NCBI GenBank assembly: GCA_965218425.1
Contig: OZ244621.1
Location: 353,368-417,367, forward strand
DNA from: an uncultured Candidatus Binatia bacterium
GTDB taxonomy: Bacteria; Desulfobacterota; Binatia; UBA9968; CAXXLF01
Reading direction: 5' to 3'
DNA: 64,000 nt
This document shows positions 56,514 through 64,000 of the stretch, piece by piece. The translations under genes were made by a program, and so were the position numbers. Numbering within the stretch: the first letter of the stretch is position 1; each line of letters opens with the position of its first letter. Under the pieces are notes generated by a model. It was not told where the DNA came from. It did not search any database and was given only the letters and a program-made list of their open reading frames with translations.

Positions 56514-57734
56514 ATGTTGTCACGGCGCTTAAATTCTACCTGGGTAACGCTGCTTTTATTGGTTTTCCTATCCGTCCTAATAGGATCAGCGGATCCAACC
56601 ACAGCAGCCCAAAGCAGTAAGCCCTTCAATCTCATACTCTCCTACACAGACGTCACAGTGGGGCCAGGCCAGGAATTCGAGATGGATGTTGACGTGGCCA
56701 ACCCCGGAAAAGACCCCGTGCTGGTCTTGCTAAAAACCGATTCGGTTCCAGAGGGTTGGAAGGCCGCATTTCACTCCCGCTATCCCAGCTTCCCGGTGCG
56801 GTCAGTAATGGTGGAGGGCGAAAAGTCCAAGACTCTTGAGTTCAAGGTGGACGTTCCGGACAAAGTCGAGGGGAAGTCCTACGAGATCAAGGTCTCCGCC
56901 AGTGACAGAAATGGCCTAAACGCCATGTCGGAAACCATGACCTTCCGCCTATCACCCAAGAAGGTGGAGACCGGAGGACTAAAAACCGAGAGCCAGTATC
57001 CTGATTTGACCGGCCCCAGCAACCAGACCTTCAAGTTCAGTGTGGATTTAAAAAACGAAACGGACAAAGACCTGACCGCAGCTCTGGCAGCGGAGGGACC
57101 CACAGAATGGAGGGTGCGCATCAAACCACAGTTCGAAGATAATGTGATATCTTCCGTGGCCCTCAAGAAGGACTCCTCCCAGACTCTGAGCGTGGAAATC
57201 GATCCGCCGGCCCTGGCCAAAGCGGGCGAGTATCCCGTGACCTTCAAGGCACGATCCGGCTCTTTTACGGCAGAGAGACAATTCAAGATAAACCTCACGG
57301 GTACGTATGACTTCATCATGGGAGTCCCCACCATGGGAAATACGCTGGCCCTAAAACTGAACACATCCGTTACGGTGGGTAAAAAATCCGACGTGGAGTT
57401 TCTAGTGGCCAACACGGGCACGGCTCCCCTGACCAATCTTGGCTTCGACGCCACCAAGCCGCAAGGGTGGAGCGTGGAATTCGAACCCAAGAAATTCGAC
57501 TCCCTCAACCCCGGTGATGTCCAAAAAGTAACCACCATAATCCAGACGTCAGATAGAACCATTGCCGGGGACTATCTTCTGACCGTGAGTTCTAATAGTC
57601 CTGACGCAAGAAAGTCCATCGATTTCAGAGTCACCGTGGCGACTCCAACACTGTGGGGATGGATTGGGGCAGCCATTGTGGCAGCGGTGGTTTTGGGTCT
57701 GGGGCTTGTATTTGTCCGACTGGGGCGGCGATGA
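56514..57734 (+). CDS. secreted, C-terminally membrane-anchored protein with repeated NEW3/NPCBM-associated-like beta-sandwich modules
   Basis: Signal peptide MLSRRLNSTWVTLLLLVFLSVLIGSA, about four 100-aa repeats (...VGPGQEFEMDVDVANPG..., ...PALAKAGEYPVTFKA...) and a C-terminal TM helix WGWIGAAIVAAVVLGLGLVFV. RBS ggagggg upstream. Confidence 0.55.
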   Translation: MLSRRLNSTWVTLLLLVFLSVLIGSADPTTAAQSSKPFNLILSYTDVTVGPGQEFEMDVDVANPGKDPVLVLLKTDSVPEGWKAAFHSRYPSFPVRSVMVEGEKSKTLEFKVDVPDKVEGKSYEIKVSASDRNGLNAMSETMTFRLSPKKVETGGLKTESQYPDLTGPSNQTFKFSVDLKNETDKDLTAALAAEGPTEWRVRIKPQFEDNVISSVALKKDSSQTLSVEIDPPALAKAGEYPVTFKARSGSFTAERQFKINLTGTYDFIMGVPTMGNTLALKLNTSVTVGKKSDVEFLVANTGTAPLTNLGFDATKPQGWSVEFEPKKFDSLNPGDVQKVTTIIQTSDRTIAGDYLLTVSSNSPDARKSIDFRVTVATPTLWGWIGAAIVAAVVLGLGLVFVRLGRR

Positions 57735-58663
57735 GCGCGATTATTGACACCAGCAAACTGACCAAACGCTACCGCGACATGCTAGCGGTCAACGATCTCA
57801 ACCTTAAGGTTGAACAAAAGGAAATCTTCGGCTTCCTCGGACCTAATGGAGCCGGCAAAACGACTACGATCCTGATGCTGATTGGTCTAACGGAACCCAC
57901 CAGTGGAAGCGCCTCCGTGTGCGGTTTCGATCCCACCCGAAAGCCCCTGGAGATCAAGAGGAGGGTGGGCTATTTGCCGGAGAATCCAGGTTACTACGAG
58001 GACTTGAGTGCAGAGGAAAACCTGCTCTACATCGCTCGGCTAAACCAAATACCCTTGGGGAATAACGGCCAGAAGATTGTGGATGTACTGGCACAGGTGG
58101 GTCTCGCGGACGACAGACGGCGGCCCGTGAGGGAGTACTCTCGCGGTATGAAGCAGCGCCTGGGCTTCGCAGAAGTGCTGGTAAAACAGCCTGAGGTGGT
58201 GATTTTGGACGAGCCCACTCTCGGTATCGACCCGGATGGAGTCACCCGCATACTCGACCTCATCACAGAGCTGAACCGGGATCGAGGGCTCACCGTCCTA
58301 CTCTGTTCCCATTTGCTCCATCAGGTCCAAAGGATCTGTCACCGTATTGGCATCATCGTGAATGGGAAAATGATCGTTCAGGGAAAGACGGACGAGCTGG
58401 GAAAGACCATTCTCAAGGAACACCAATGGAATTTTCTACTGGAGGTGGGCGGCCAGGCGGAGGATCTTCAGGCGGAGTTGCGTTCCATCGCTGGCGTAGG
58501 GGTGGTGGAAGAACGAAACGGAGGTTGGTTTTTACGGTGCACTAAAGACGTCCGGCCGGATGTCTTTTCCTTGGTAGCTAAAAAGGGCCTCACCCTGCTT
58601 CAACTCCGCAGTGAGGATCCAACCTTAGAAGAGATATATCTTAAGTACTTCCGAGAAGCATAA
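57731..58663 (+). CDS. ABC transporter ATP-binding protein (ABC-2 type exporter)
   Basis: Walker A GPNGAGKTTT, signature YSRGMKQRLGFAEVL, Walker B VVILDEPTLGID. Start ATG 57731 overlaps the upstream stop by 4 nt. Confidence 0.85.
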   Translation: MSAIIDTSKLTKRYRDMLAVNDLNLKVEQKEIFGFLGPNGAGKTTTILMLIGLTEPTSGSASVCGFDPTRKPLEIKRRVGYLPENPGYYEDLSAEENLLYIARLNQIPLGNNGQKIVDVLAQVGLADDRRRPVREYSRGMKQRLGFAEVLVKQPEVVILDEPTLGIDPDGVTRILDLITELNRDRGLTVLLCSHLLHQVQRICHRIGIIVNGKMIVQGKTDELGKTILKEHQWNFLLEVGGQAEDLQAELRSIAGVGVVEERNGGWFLRCTKDVRPDVFSLVAKKGLTLLQLRSEDPTLEEIYLKYFREA

Positions 58664-58819
58664 ATGTCGATCCAACTAACTTCGCCTAACTTCGTTTCTC
58701 GTCCTTTGATCTCCTTGCAACGTACTGCCAAAGTACGCTTCAGTCGACTCGGGGCTCGCGCCTCGTTATGCTCGTTCCATGGATCCACAAGAAGTTATCC
58801 ACTAGATAGAGAGCGGCAA

Positions 58820-59005
58820 GCAGATTTCGGAGAACGGAGCTCAGAGGTCAGAAATCGGAAGTCAAAGGTCGGCCGTATCGCCGAATTCCGACCTCTGATT
58901 TCAGACGTTGGCTCTGTCGAACGCAACAAACTCAATGAACTCAAAAAACCATGGAAACAAGTTGGCTAGCTCAACTAGATAGACTAAACAAACCTTATTG
59001 ACGAA
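58820..59005. repeat. composite intergenic repeat element, copy d ((TCAGARR)n plus hairpin-like tail, then inverted GTCT block)
   Basis: gctcagaggtcagaaatcggaagtcaaaggtcggccgtatcgccgaattccgacctctgatttcagac ... ctagatagactaaacaaacc. Confidence 0.5.
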
Positions 59006-59020
59006 AGAGACGGGACCACA

Positions 59021-59917
59021 ATGAGCGTTGTTTTCTGGAAAGAGCTTTCGGACCATTTTAGTAGCCGTCGTTTCATGATCCTGCTGGTGCTGATCATTCT
59101 GACCGGATTCTGGGCCGTCTTTACCTCAGGTCAGGCCATTCGCGGACTTGCCGATGAAGTACCCACACGGTTTGTTTTTCTACTCCTTCTCACGTCGCAA
59201 CCCGGCGCTCTCTTTTCTCTGGCCGCCTTTCTTGTGTTCTTCGGCCCCCTGGTGGGTATCACACTTGGTTTCGACGCCATCAGCGGAGAATACGCTCGGG
59301 GGACATTGAGTCGAGTCCTCTCCCAACCCATCTATCGTGACAGCCTGATCAACGGAAAATTTCTCGCAGGCCTCACAACGGTTGCAATCTTCTGGGCCGC
59401 CATACTTCTCATCGTTATCGGCCTTGGCATTACTCTGCTTGGTTTTCCACCCAACGGAGAAGAGCTCTGGCGCATGCTTATTTTTACACTGGTTGGGATC
59501 CTTTATGTGGGCTTTTGGCTCGCGCTGGCCTTGCTGTTTTCCCTGCTCTTCCAGCGTACCGTCACAGCCGCCCTGGCTTCCCTTGCCGTCTGGCTCTTCC
59601 TTGCCATCTTCGTCGGGATGATTGCTCAATCCCTCGCATCGCTGTTTGCCTCCTCCGGTGTTAATTTTGACGTCATCATCAGCCGGATATCCCCCAATAC
59701 ACTTTTCGTCGATGCCGTTCGGATCCTGATTGATCCCGGAAGGGAAATTCTCGAGCGTGCAACCCGAGGCCAAGCGGAAGGGATCTTGCCCACCCCGCTT
59801 GCTCTAGGACAGAGCGTTCTCTCAATATGGCCCCATTTGACCACGTTGTTTGCCATGGTAGCCATCTGCTTTGGGGTTGCTTATATCAAGTTCATGCGCG
59901 ACGAAATTCGTGCCTAG
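59021..59917 (+). CDS. ABC-2 family transporter permease
   Basis: 298 aa with about 6 TM helices downstream of the ABC-2 ATPase. Confidence 0.7.
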   Translation: MSVVFWKELSDHFSSRRFMILLVLIILTGFWAVFTSGQAIRGLADEVPTRFVFLLLLTSQPGALFSLAAFLVFFGPLVGITLGFDAISGEYARGTLSRVLSQPIYRDSLINGKFLAGLTTVAIFWAAILLIVIGLGITLLGFPPNGEELWRMLIFTLVGILYVGFWLALALLFSLLFQRTVTAALASLAVWLFLAIFVGMIAQSLASLFASSGVNFDVIISRISPNTLFVDAVRILIDPGREILERATRGQAEGILPTPLALGQSVLSIWPHLTTLFAMVAICFGVAYIKFMRDEIRA

Positions 59918-60132
59918 AATCGGTGAACGGTAGGCAGTAAGCAGCAGGCAGCAAACACTTGGAAGCAGAGCGCAAACCGTCTAAAGCTATGAACCTCAGA
60001 CTTGCGAATAAAGATACACGCCAAAGGCACAAAGGATACCAAGTATCGATAAAGAGCTGAAAATTTGAGCTTCGGATTTCGGATTTTACTTCGTTGGCGT
60101 CTTGGGGCGAAAATCTTACTAAGCCGAACCGC

Positions 60133-60639
60133 TTATTTCCCCTGTCCCATTTTTTCCGCCGCCGCCAGGATAGACTCGACGATTTTCTTGTAACCGGTAC
60201 AGCGACAGAGGTTGCCCTGCATAAACCGAATTACGTCCTCTTCCGTAGGGTTAGCATTTTCGGCCAGCATCGTTTTTGCGGTAAGAATCATGCCAGGGGT
60301 ACAAAAGCCGCACTGGAAGCCACCCTTCTCAATGAAGGCTTCCTGCAAGGGATGAAGCTTGCCCTGCTGGGCAAGACCCTCAATGGTCAGGACGTCACGG
60401 CCTCTTGCCTCAAAGGCCGGTAAGGTACAGGAGCTAACGGGCCGACCGTCTAGGAGCAAGGTACACGTGCCGCAGACCTGCATGTCACAGGACCTTTTTG
60501 CGCCGGTTAGGCCCAAACGATTGCGCACCACATCGAGCAACAGCTCATGGGGCTCCACTTCCAACTCATGCTGTCTACCATTGACAGTAATCGTCACTGG
60601 AATAGTTTGCACGGCCCGTCTCACGTGACCATTAGGCAT
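60133..60639 (-). CDS. (2Fe-2S)-binding subunit of a molybdopterin-dependent dehydrogenase (CoxS/CutS/XdhC-small type)
   Basis: The plant-type motif CDMQVCGTCT and the second motif GFQCGFCTPGMI...CRCTGY are both present. 168 aa. Confidence 0.85.
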   Translation of the reverse strand: MPNGHVRRAVQTIPVTITVNGRQHELEVEPHELLLDVVRNRLGLTGAKRSCDMQVCGTCTLLLDGRPVSSCTLPAFEARGRDVLTIEGLAQQGKLHPLQEAFIEKGGFQCGFCTPGMILTAKTMLAENANPTEEDVIRFMQGNLCRCTGYKKIVESILAAAEKMGQGK

Positions 60640-61525
60640 GAGCCCCTCCCCCGCTCCTGCTGGAGAAGTCCTCTTCGACCATCTTTTGAAAAACCCGCTT
60701 CAACAGGACTTGAATGATATGCTCCTTATACTCAGCCGACCCGTGCAGGTCACCAATGGCCTCAGCGGCACGGCTGGCCATTTGCCCGGCTTCACCTACG
60801 AGTTTGGACGCATCACGGAGTTCTTTACCCTTCAGAACCGCTTCGGCTTCTTCCACACGACATGGTTTCGGACCAGCGCAACCCACTGCGATCCGCACAT
60901 CTCGGATCAGCTCCCCGTCTTCCAAGGCCAAATGAAGCGCCACCCCCACACTGGGGCGCTGCAGATATCCGAACTTGAGATACCGGACCGCTGATTGAGG
61001 CGGAGGAACTGGCACTCGAACTTCAGTCAGAAGTTCATCAGGATTCAAGCAGGTTTCATAGGCATCCACAAAAAACTTGTCCATGGGAATCTCCCGCACG
61101 TTAGCGGCGTTTTGCGCAATCAGGCTTGCCCCAAGGGTCAGAAGGAGGATTCCCGGGTCCGCATGTGGTTCGGCAAATGAAAGGTTTCCTCCCACCGTTC
61201 CAACTTCACGAACCCTGATATTGGCAACATTTGCCTCCATCTGAACAAAGGCCGGGAGGGTTTGCCGTAGCTCGGTGGAGCATTCGAGTTTGCGGTGGGT
61301 TGACAGGGCTCCAATATGCACCGAATCCCCCACTTGTTTAACGCTGTCCAACCCCGGAATATTTTTAACGTTCACCAACCGCTCCGACTGAATAAGCCCT
61401 TCTTTCATGGCCAAGAGTAACTCGGTCCCTCCGGCGTAGACTCTGGCAGATTCACCATAACGTGATAGGAGATCGGAGGCGTCCTTCACCGTCGCAGGCT
61501 CGTCCAGACGGAATCTCCTCAGCAT
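60632..61525 (-). CDS. FAD-binding subunit of a molybdopterin-dependent dehydrogenase (CoxM/CutM type)
   Basis: N-terminal FAD_binding_5 (YAGGTELLLAMK) and a C-terminal CO_deh_flav_C-like domain. Overlaps coxS by 8 nt. Confidence 0.8.
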   Translation of the reverse strand: MLRRFRLDEPATVKDASDLLSRYGESARVYAGGTELLLAMKEGLIQSERLVNVKNIPGLDSVKQVGDSVHIGALSTHRKLECSTELRQTLPAFVQMEANVANIRVREVGTVGGNLSFAEPHADPGILLLTLGASLIAQNAANVREIPMDKFFVDAYETCLNPDELLTEVRVPVPPPQSAVRYLKFGYLQRPSVGVALHLALEDGELIRDVRIAVGCAGPKPCRVEEAEAVLKGKELRDASKLVGEAGQMASRAAEAIGDLHGSAEYKEHIIQVLLKRVFQKMVEEDFSSRSGGGAHA

Positions 61526-61526
61526 C

Positions 61527-61979
61527 TCAAGATTCCCCTTCTAAGTTTTTTTTGATTGCTTGAACAAACTCCGCCATCACCTGATCCGCTTTTCGTTTGA
61601 TCATACTGTGACCCAATGCAGCTAACTTTCCCAATATATCAACTGTTGCCACCAATGAAAGAAGGGTCCCCGTCCCTTCCTCTGCTAACTTAACATCCAG
61701 TTGGAGCTTCATGAGACTGCCAATTTTGCTGTCGCTGCCCGACGCTCGAGCCTTGATGTGGGAGAGGGGCTCCCTTTGCTCCACCTCGATTCTCATTGGA
61801 AACTCCACGCGAAACGGACCAACCTTTTCTACCATAGTAGCGGTATAAACCTTTGCATTTTCGACGGTCTTCGCCTCTTTACATCCGGGAACACATGCAA
61901 TGAACCGGTCCACGTCCCAGATAAAGTCCCATACCATTTGCCTAGAGGCCGAGACTGGTATTTGCTTCTCAAATTGCAT
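61527..61979 (-). CDS. CoxG-like SRPBCC-family protein
   Basis: 150 aa. MQFEKQIPVSASRQMVWDFIWDVDRFIACVPG matches CoxG. 1-nt gap to coxM. Confidence 0.7.
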   Translation of the reverse strand: MQFEKQIPVSASRQMVWDFIWDVDRFIACVPGCKEAKTVENAKVYTATMVEKVGPFRVEFPMRIEVEQREPLSHIKARASGSDSKIGSLMKLQLDVKLAEEGTGTLLSLVATVDILGKLAALGHSMIKRKADQVMAEFVQAIKKNLEGES

Positions 61980-61999
61980 CTATGGACCCTACCGTTGAA

Positions 62000-62195
62000 T
62001 AATTCCTTGGGGCTGTTCGGTTTGTCTAGTCGATTGAAGAGTTTGAGTCAATAGCGGAGGCGTCGTCCATTGGGTTTTCGAGTTCTTTGAGTTTATTGAG
62101 TTCATTGGGCTTGGGAGGTCAGAAGTCGGATGCCAGACGTCAGGAATCAAAGGTCAGCGGTATAACCGATCTCTGATCTCTGTTAGCTGCTAACT
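62000..62195. repeat. composite intergenic repeat element, copy e
   Basis: gttcggtttgtctagtcgattg ... gagttctttgagtttattgagttcattgggcttggg ... aggtcagaagtcggatgccagacgtcaggaatcaaaggtcagcggtataaccgatctctgatctctg. Confidence 0.5.
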
Positions 62196-62198
62196 GGT

Positions 62199-63341
62199 TC
62201 ATTGTGTCATTTCCAGATACCGCTTGAGGCGCTCCAGGGCCTTTTCGATGTTGTCCACGGATCTGGCGTATGAAAACCTCAGATATCCTTCTCCGTTTGG
62301 GCCAAAATCGATACCTGGAGCAACACCCAAATGAACCTTCTCTAGAATATCCATGGCCAGCTTGAGGGAGTCCTGGCCAAGGTGCTTTGCGTTGACGAAG
62401 ACATAAAACGCACCCTTGGGTTCGTGCTTGATGGTGAAGCCTAGCTGTCTTAAGCCGCGGAGCAACATTCGTCTTCGCTCGTCGAAAACGGAAACGATTG
62501 AAGCCACCTCCGACCTGGCCTGATGAAGCGCTGTGATTCCGGCCCATTGCACGAAGGCATTGGTAGAAATGAAGAAGTTTTGATGGATTTTCTGTACGGC
62601 TCGAGCAAACTCCTGCGGTACGATCACGTAGCCCAGCCTCCAACCCGTCATGGCGTAGAGTTTGGAAAATCCATTAAACACAAAGGCGCGATCGGTGAAC
62701 TCCAGAGCCGAGTGAGCCTTTTCCCCGTAGGTCAGGCCATGGTAGATTTCATCAGAGAGGAGCATGAAACCCAGTTGTGCGATCTTCTGCATGCGTTCCT
62801 CAGAGAGCAACGCTCCGGTGGGATTGGCGGGTGAATTGATCAAAATACCTTTCGTGCGCGGTGACAGCTTTGGACAGACCGCCTCGGGATGGTACTGAAA
62901 ACCATCATCCTCACTCACCTCCACGGCAATGGGAACCCCACCCTGAAAGGTAATCATGTTAGCGTAACAAGCGTATCCAGGATCCGGCAGGACCACCTCA
63001 TCTCCTTGCTCCAAAAGGGCGGATAAGGCCAAGGCAATGCCTGGGGAGCTTCCAGCAGTGACAAGAATGCAGTCTGGCGAGACCTGAACACGATACAACT
63101 CCCAATATCTGTCGCTAATGGCCTCCCTGAGCTCCAGTAACCCCATGCTGTGAGTGTAGCGGGTCTTCCCTTCACTCAAGGCGCGGGCAGCCGCCTCCCT
63201 GATGACTTGAGGAGTGTCGAAGTCTGGCTCCCCCAGCTCCAGGTGGATGACTCGCTTGCCAGTTCTTTCAATCTCCTGGGCTCGCTCCAAGACATCCATT
63301 ACGAGAAAGGGTGTCATGGTATCGGATTTATGTGGGCTCAT
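62199..63341 (-). CDS. pyridoxal-phosphate-dependent aminotransferase class I/II (aspartate/aromatic aminotransferase-like)
   Basis: 380 aa with fold type I features, including the candidate PLP lysine region FNGFSKLYAMTGWRLGY. Confidence 0.75.
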   Translation of the reverse strand: MSPHKSDTMTPFLVMDVLERAQEIERTGKRVIHLELGEPDFDTPQVIREAAARALSEGKTRYTHSMGLLELREAISDRYWELYRVQVSPDCILVTAGSSPGIALALSALLEQGDEVVLPDPGYACYANMITFQGGVPIAVEVSEDDGFQYHPEAVCPKLSPRTKGILINSPANPTGALLSEERMQKIAQLGFMLLSDEIYHGLTYGEKAHSALEFTDRAFVFNGFSKLYAMTGWRLGYVIVPQEFARAVQKIHQNFFISTNAFVQWAGITALHQARSEVASIVSVFDERRRMLLRGLRQLGFTIKHEPKGAFYVFVNAKHLGQDSLKLAMDILEKVHLGVAPGIDFGPNGEGYLRFSYARSVDNIEKALERLKRYLEMTQ

Positions 63342-63344
63342 CTT

Positions 63345-63600
63345 GCTTTTAGGTAACTGAGTGCGTTGGGTTTATGGGATTTGTTGCGTTTATGGCGTTG
63401 GTTGGGCTTATCTAGTCTGTTTCGTCTTTCTAGTCTATTCGGTCATTTCAGTTAATCTGGCTCTTGCGGTTTGTTTGGTTCTGGAGATGGAAAATCAGAA
63501 GTCAGAGGTCAGAAATCAGAGGTTAGACACCAGACGTTGAAAGTCAGAGGTCGGCCGCATCACCGATCTCCCACGTCTGTTCTCTGACATCTGAGATAGA
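63345..63600. repeat. composite intergenic repeat element, copy f (the longest (TCAGARR)n run)
   Basis: gttgggtttatgggatttgttgcgtttatggcgttggttgggcttatc / tagtctgtttcgtctttctagtctattcggtcatttcag / aaaatcagaagtcagaggtcagaaatcagaggttagacaccagacgttgaaagtcagaggtcggccgcatcaccgatctcccacgtctgttctctga. Confidence 0.55.
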
Positions 63601-63613
63601 TCATCCGCCTCAC

Positions 63614-64000
63614 CTAGCCGACGCCCGCCACGCTGTCTTTGATGTCTTTGAACTCCTTGGTGAGGTATGCTTTGAGTTTTTTCTTGAGTCTTTCCTCAAT
63701 CTGGCGCACCCGCTCACGACTGATCCCAAACTCCCCGCCGATCTCCCTGAGAGTAAGCGGGCTGTCGGTTAATAGACGCTTGTGGAATATATACAACTCC
63801 TTATCCTTGAGACCTTGAGCAAAATCTTGGATTTTCTCTTTCACCAGCCGGCGATACTCCACCTCTGCCAGTTGATCCTCCGGGGTCTCCTTATCATCGG
63901 GCAGGAAATTGAGCAGAGTCAAATCCTGGTCTTCACCAATGGGAACATCTGTGGACAGATCTCTATGGGACAAACGCTGTTCCATCTCCACGATCTCCCC
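63614..64000 (-). CDS. RNA polymerase sigma-70 family factor, C-terminal regions 3-4 (partial; the N-terminus lies beyond the window)
   Basis: Region 4 HTH LTLREIGGEFGISRERVRQIEERLKKKL. Confidence 0.7.
   Translation of the reverse strand, partial: GEIVEMEQRLSHRDLSTDVPIGEDQDLTLLNFLPDDKETPEDQLAEVEYRRLVKEKIQDFAQGLKDKELYIFHKRLLTDSPLTLREIGGEFGISRERVRQIEERLKKKLKAYLTKEFKDIKDSVAGVG

Noticed and set aside
52380-63600. CRISPR array interpretation of the short tandem repeats
   Set aside because: The units are 7 nt and degenerate, with no fixed-length spacers and no cas genes, so this is not CRISPR.

Overview
This 64-kb window reads as bacterial chromosome (moderately high GC, dense coding) and divides into three parts. 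(1) 0.3-12.2 kb: an accessory block bounded by an IS481-family transposase. It holds a FbpA/AfuA-type ABC importer whose SBP+permease (1447-4288) is separated from its ATPase (8822-9895) by a 4.5-kb opposite-strand block of two tandem monocupins, an ornithine-cyclodeaminase/mu-crystallin (OCD) homolog, a YciI-like protein and the C-terminal remnant of an FAD monooxygenase. Two two-domain VOC (extradiol-dioxygenase-like) genes follow. (2) 12.4-19.3 kb: an IS graveyard with a 5'-truncated, frameshifted Y1 (IS200/RayT-like) transposase carrying a DnaA_C-type HTH, an IS110 C-terminal scrap, and an intact IS3-family element with recognisable terminal inverted repeats. After it come a TauE/SafE exporter, a Sel1-repeat protein and three tRNAs (Arg-CCU on the minus strand, Gln-CUG and Glu-CUC on the plus strand) flanking about 0.9 kb of ORF-less DNA. 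(3) 19.8-47 kb, starting right after tRNA-Glu: a large, almost entirely minus-strand aromatic-acid catabolic island. It has five paralogous Rieske non-heme-iron oxygenase alpha subunits of the phthalate-dioxygenase/VanA/KshA type, and no beta subunit or dedicated reductase is seen. It also has three cytoplasmic SsuA/NMT1-fold proteins of the kind annotated as 4,5-dihydroxyphthalate decarboxylase, a cytoplasmic TAXI-like SBP-fold protein, and a Gfo/Idh/MocA (cis-diol dehydrogenase-like) gene. A class II aldolase/adducin gene (3,4-dihydroxyphthalate-decarboxylase-like), two LigB-type extradiol dioxygenases and a gentisate-dioxygenase-like bicupin are present too. A second OCD homolog, an amidohydrolase_2 (LigI/ACMSD-like), two ThDP enzymes, an MFS transporter, a nitroreductase and an NAD-epimerase complete the island. 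No transcriptional regulator is recognisable across it. A roughly 195-bp sequence is duplicated upstream of two of the SsuA-fold genes. (4) 47-64 kb: mostly housekeeping genes (trmI, aroE-like, lgt, dtd, trmL, a NEW3-domain protein with an ABC-2 transporter, an aminotransferase, a partial sigma factor). This part also has decayed genes (ManC pseudogene, UDP-glucose-dehydrogenase/LuxR fragments), an unusual ferredoxin-Zn-ribbon-coiled-coil fusion, a coxG-coxM-coxS trio lacking the molybdopterin large subunit, and six copies of a composite intergenic element built from degenerate heptamer tandem repeats ((TCAGARR)n plus G/T-rich and GTCT-type blocks). The most novel candidate is the repeated one-to-one pairing of Rieske oxygenases with signal-peptide-less SBP-fold proteins.
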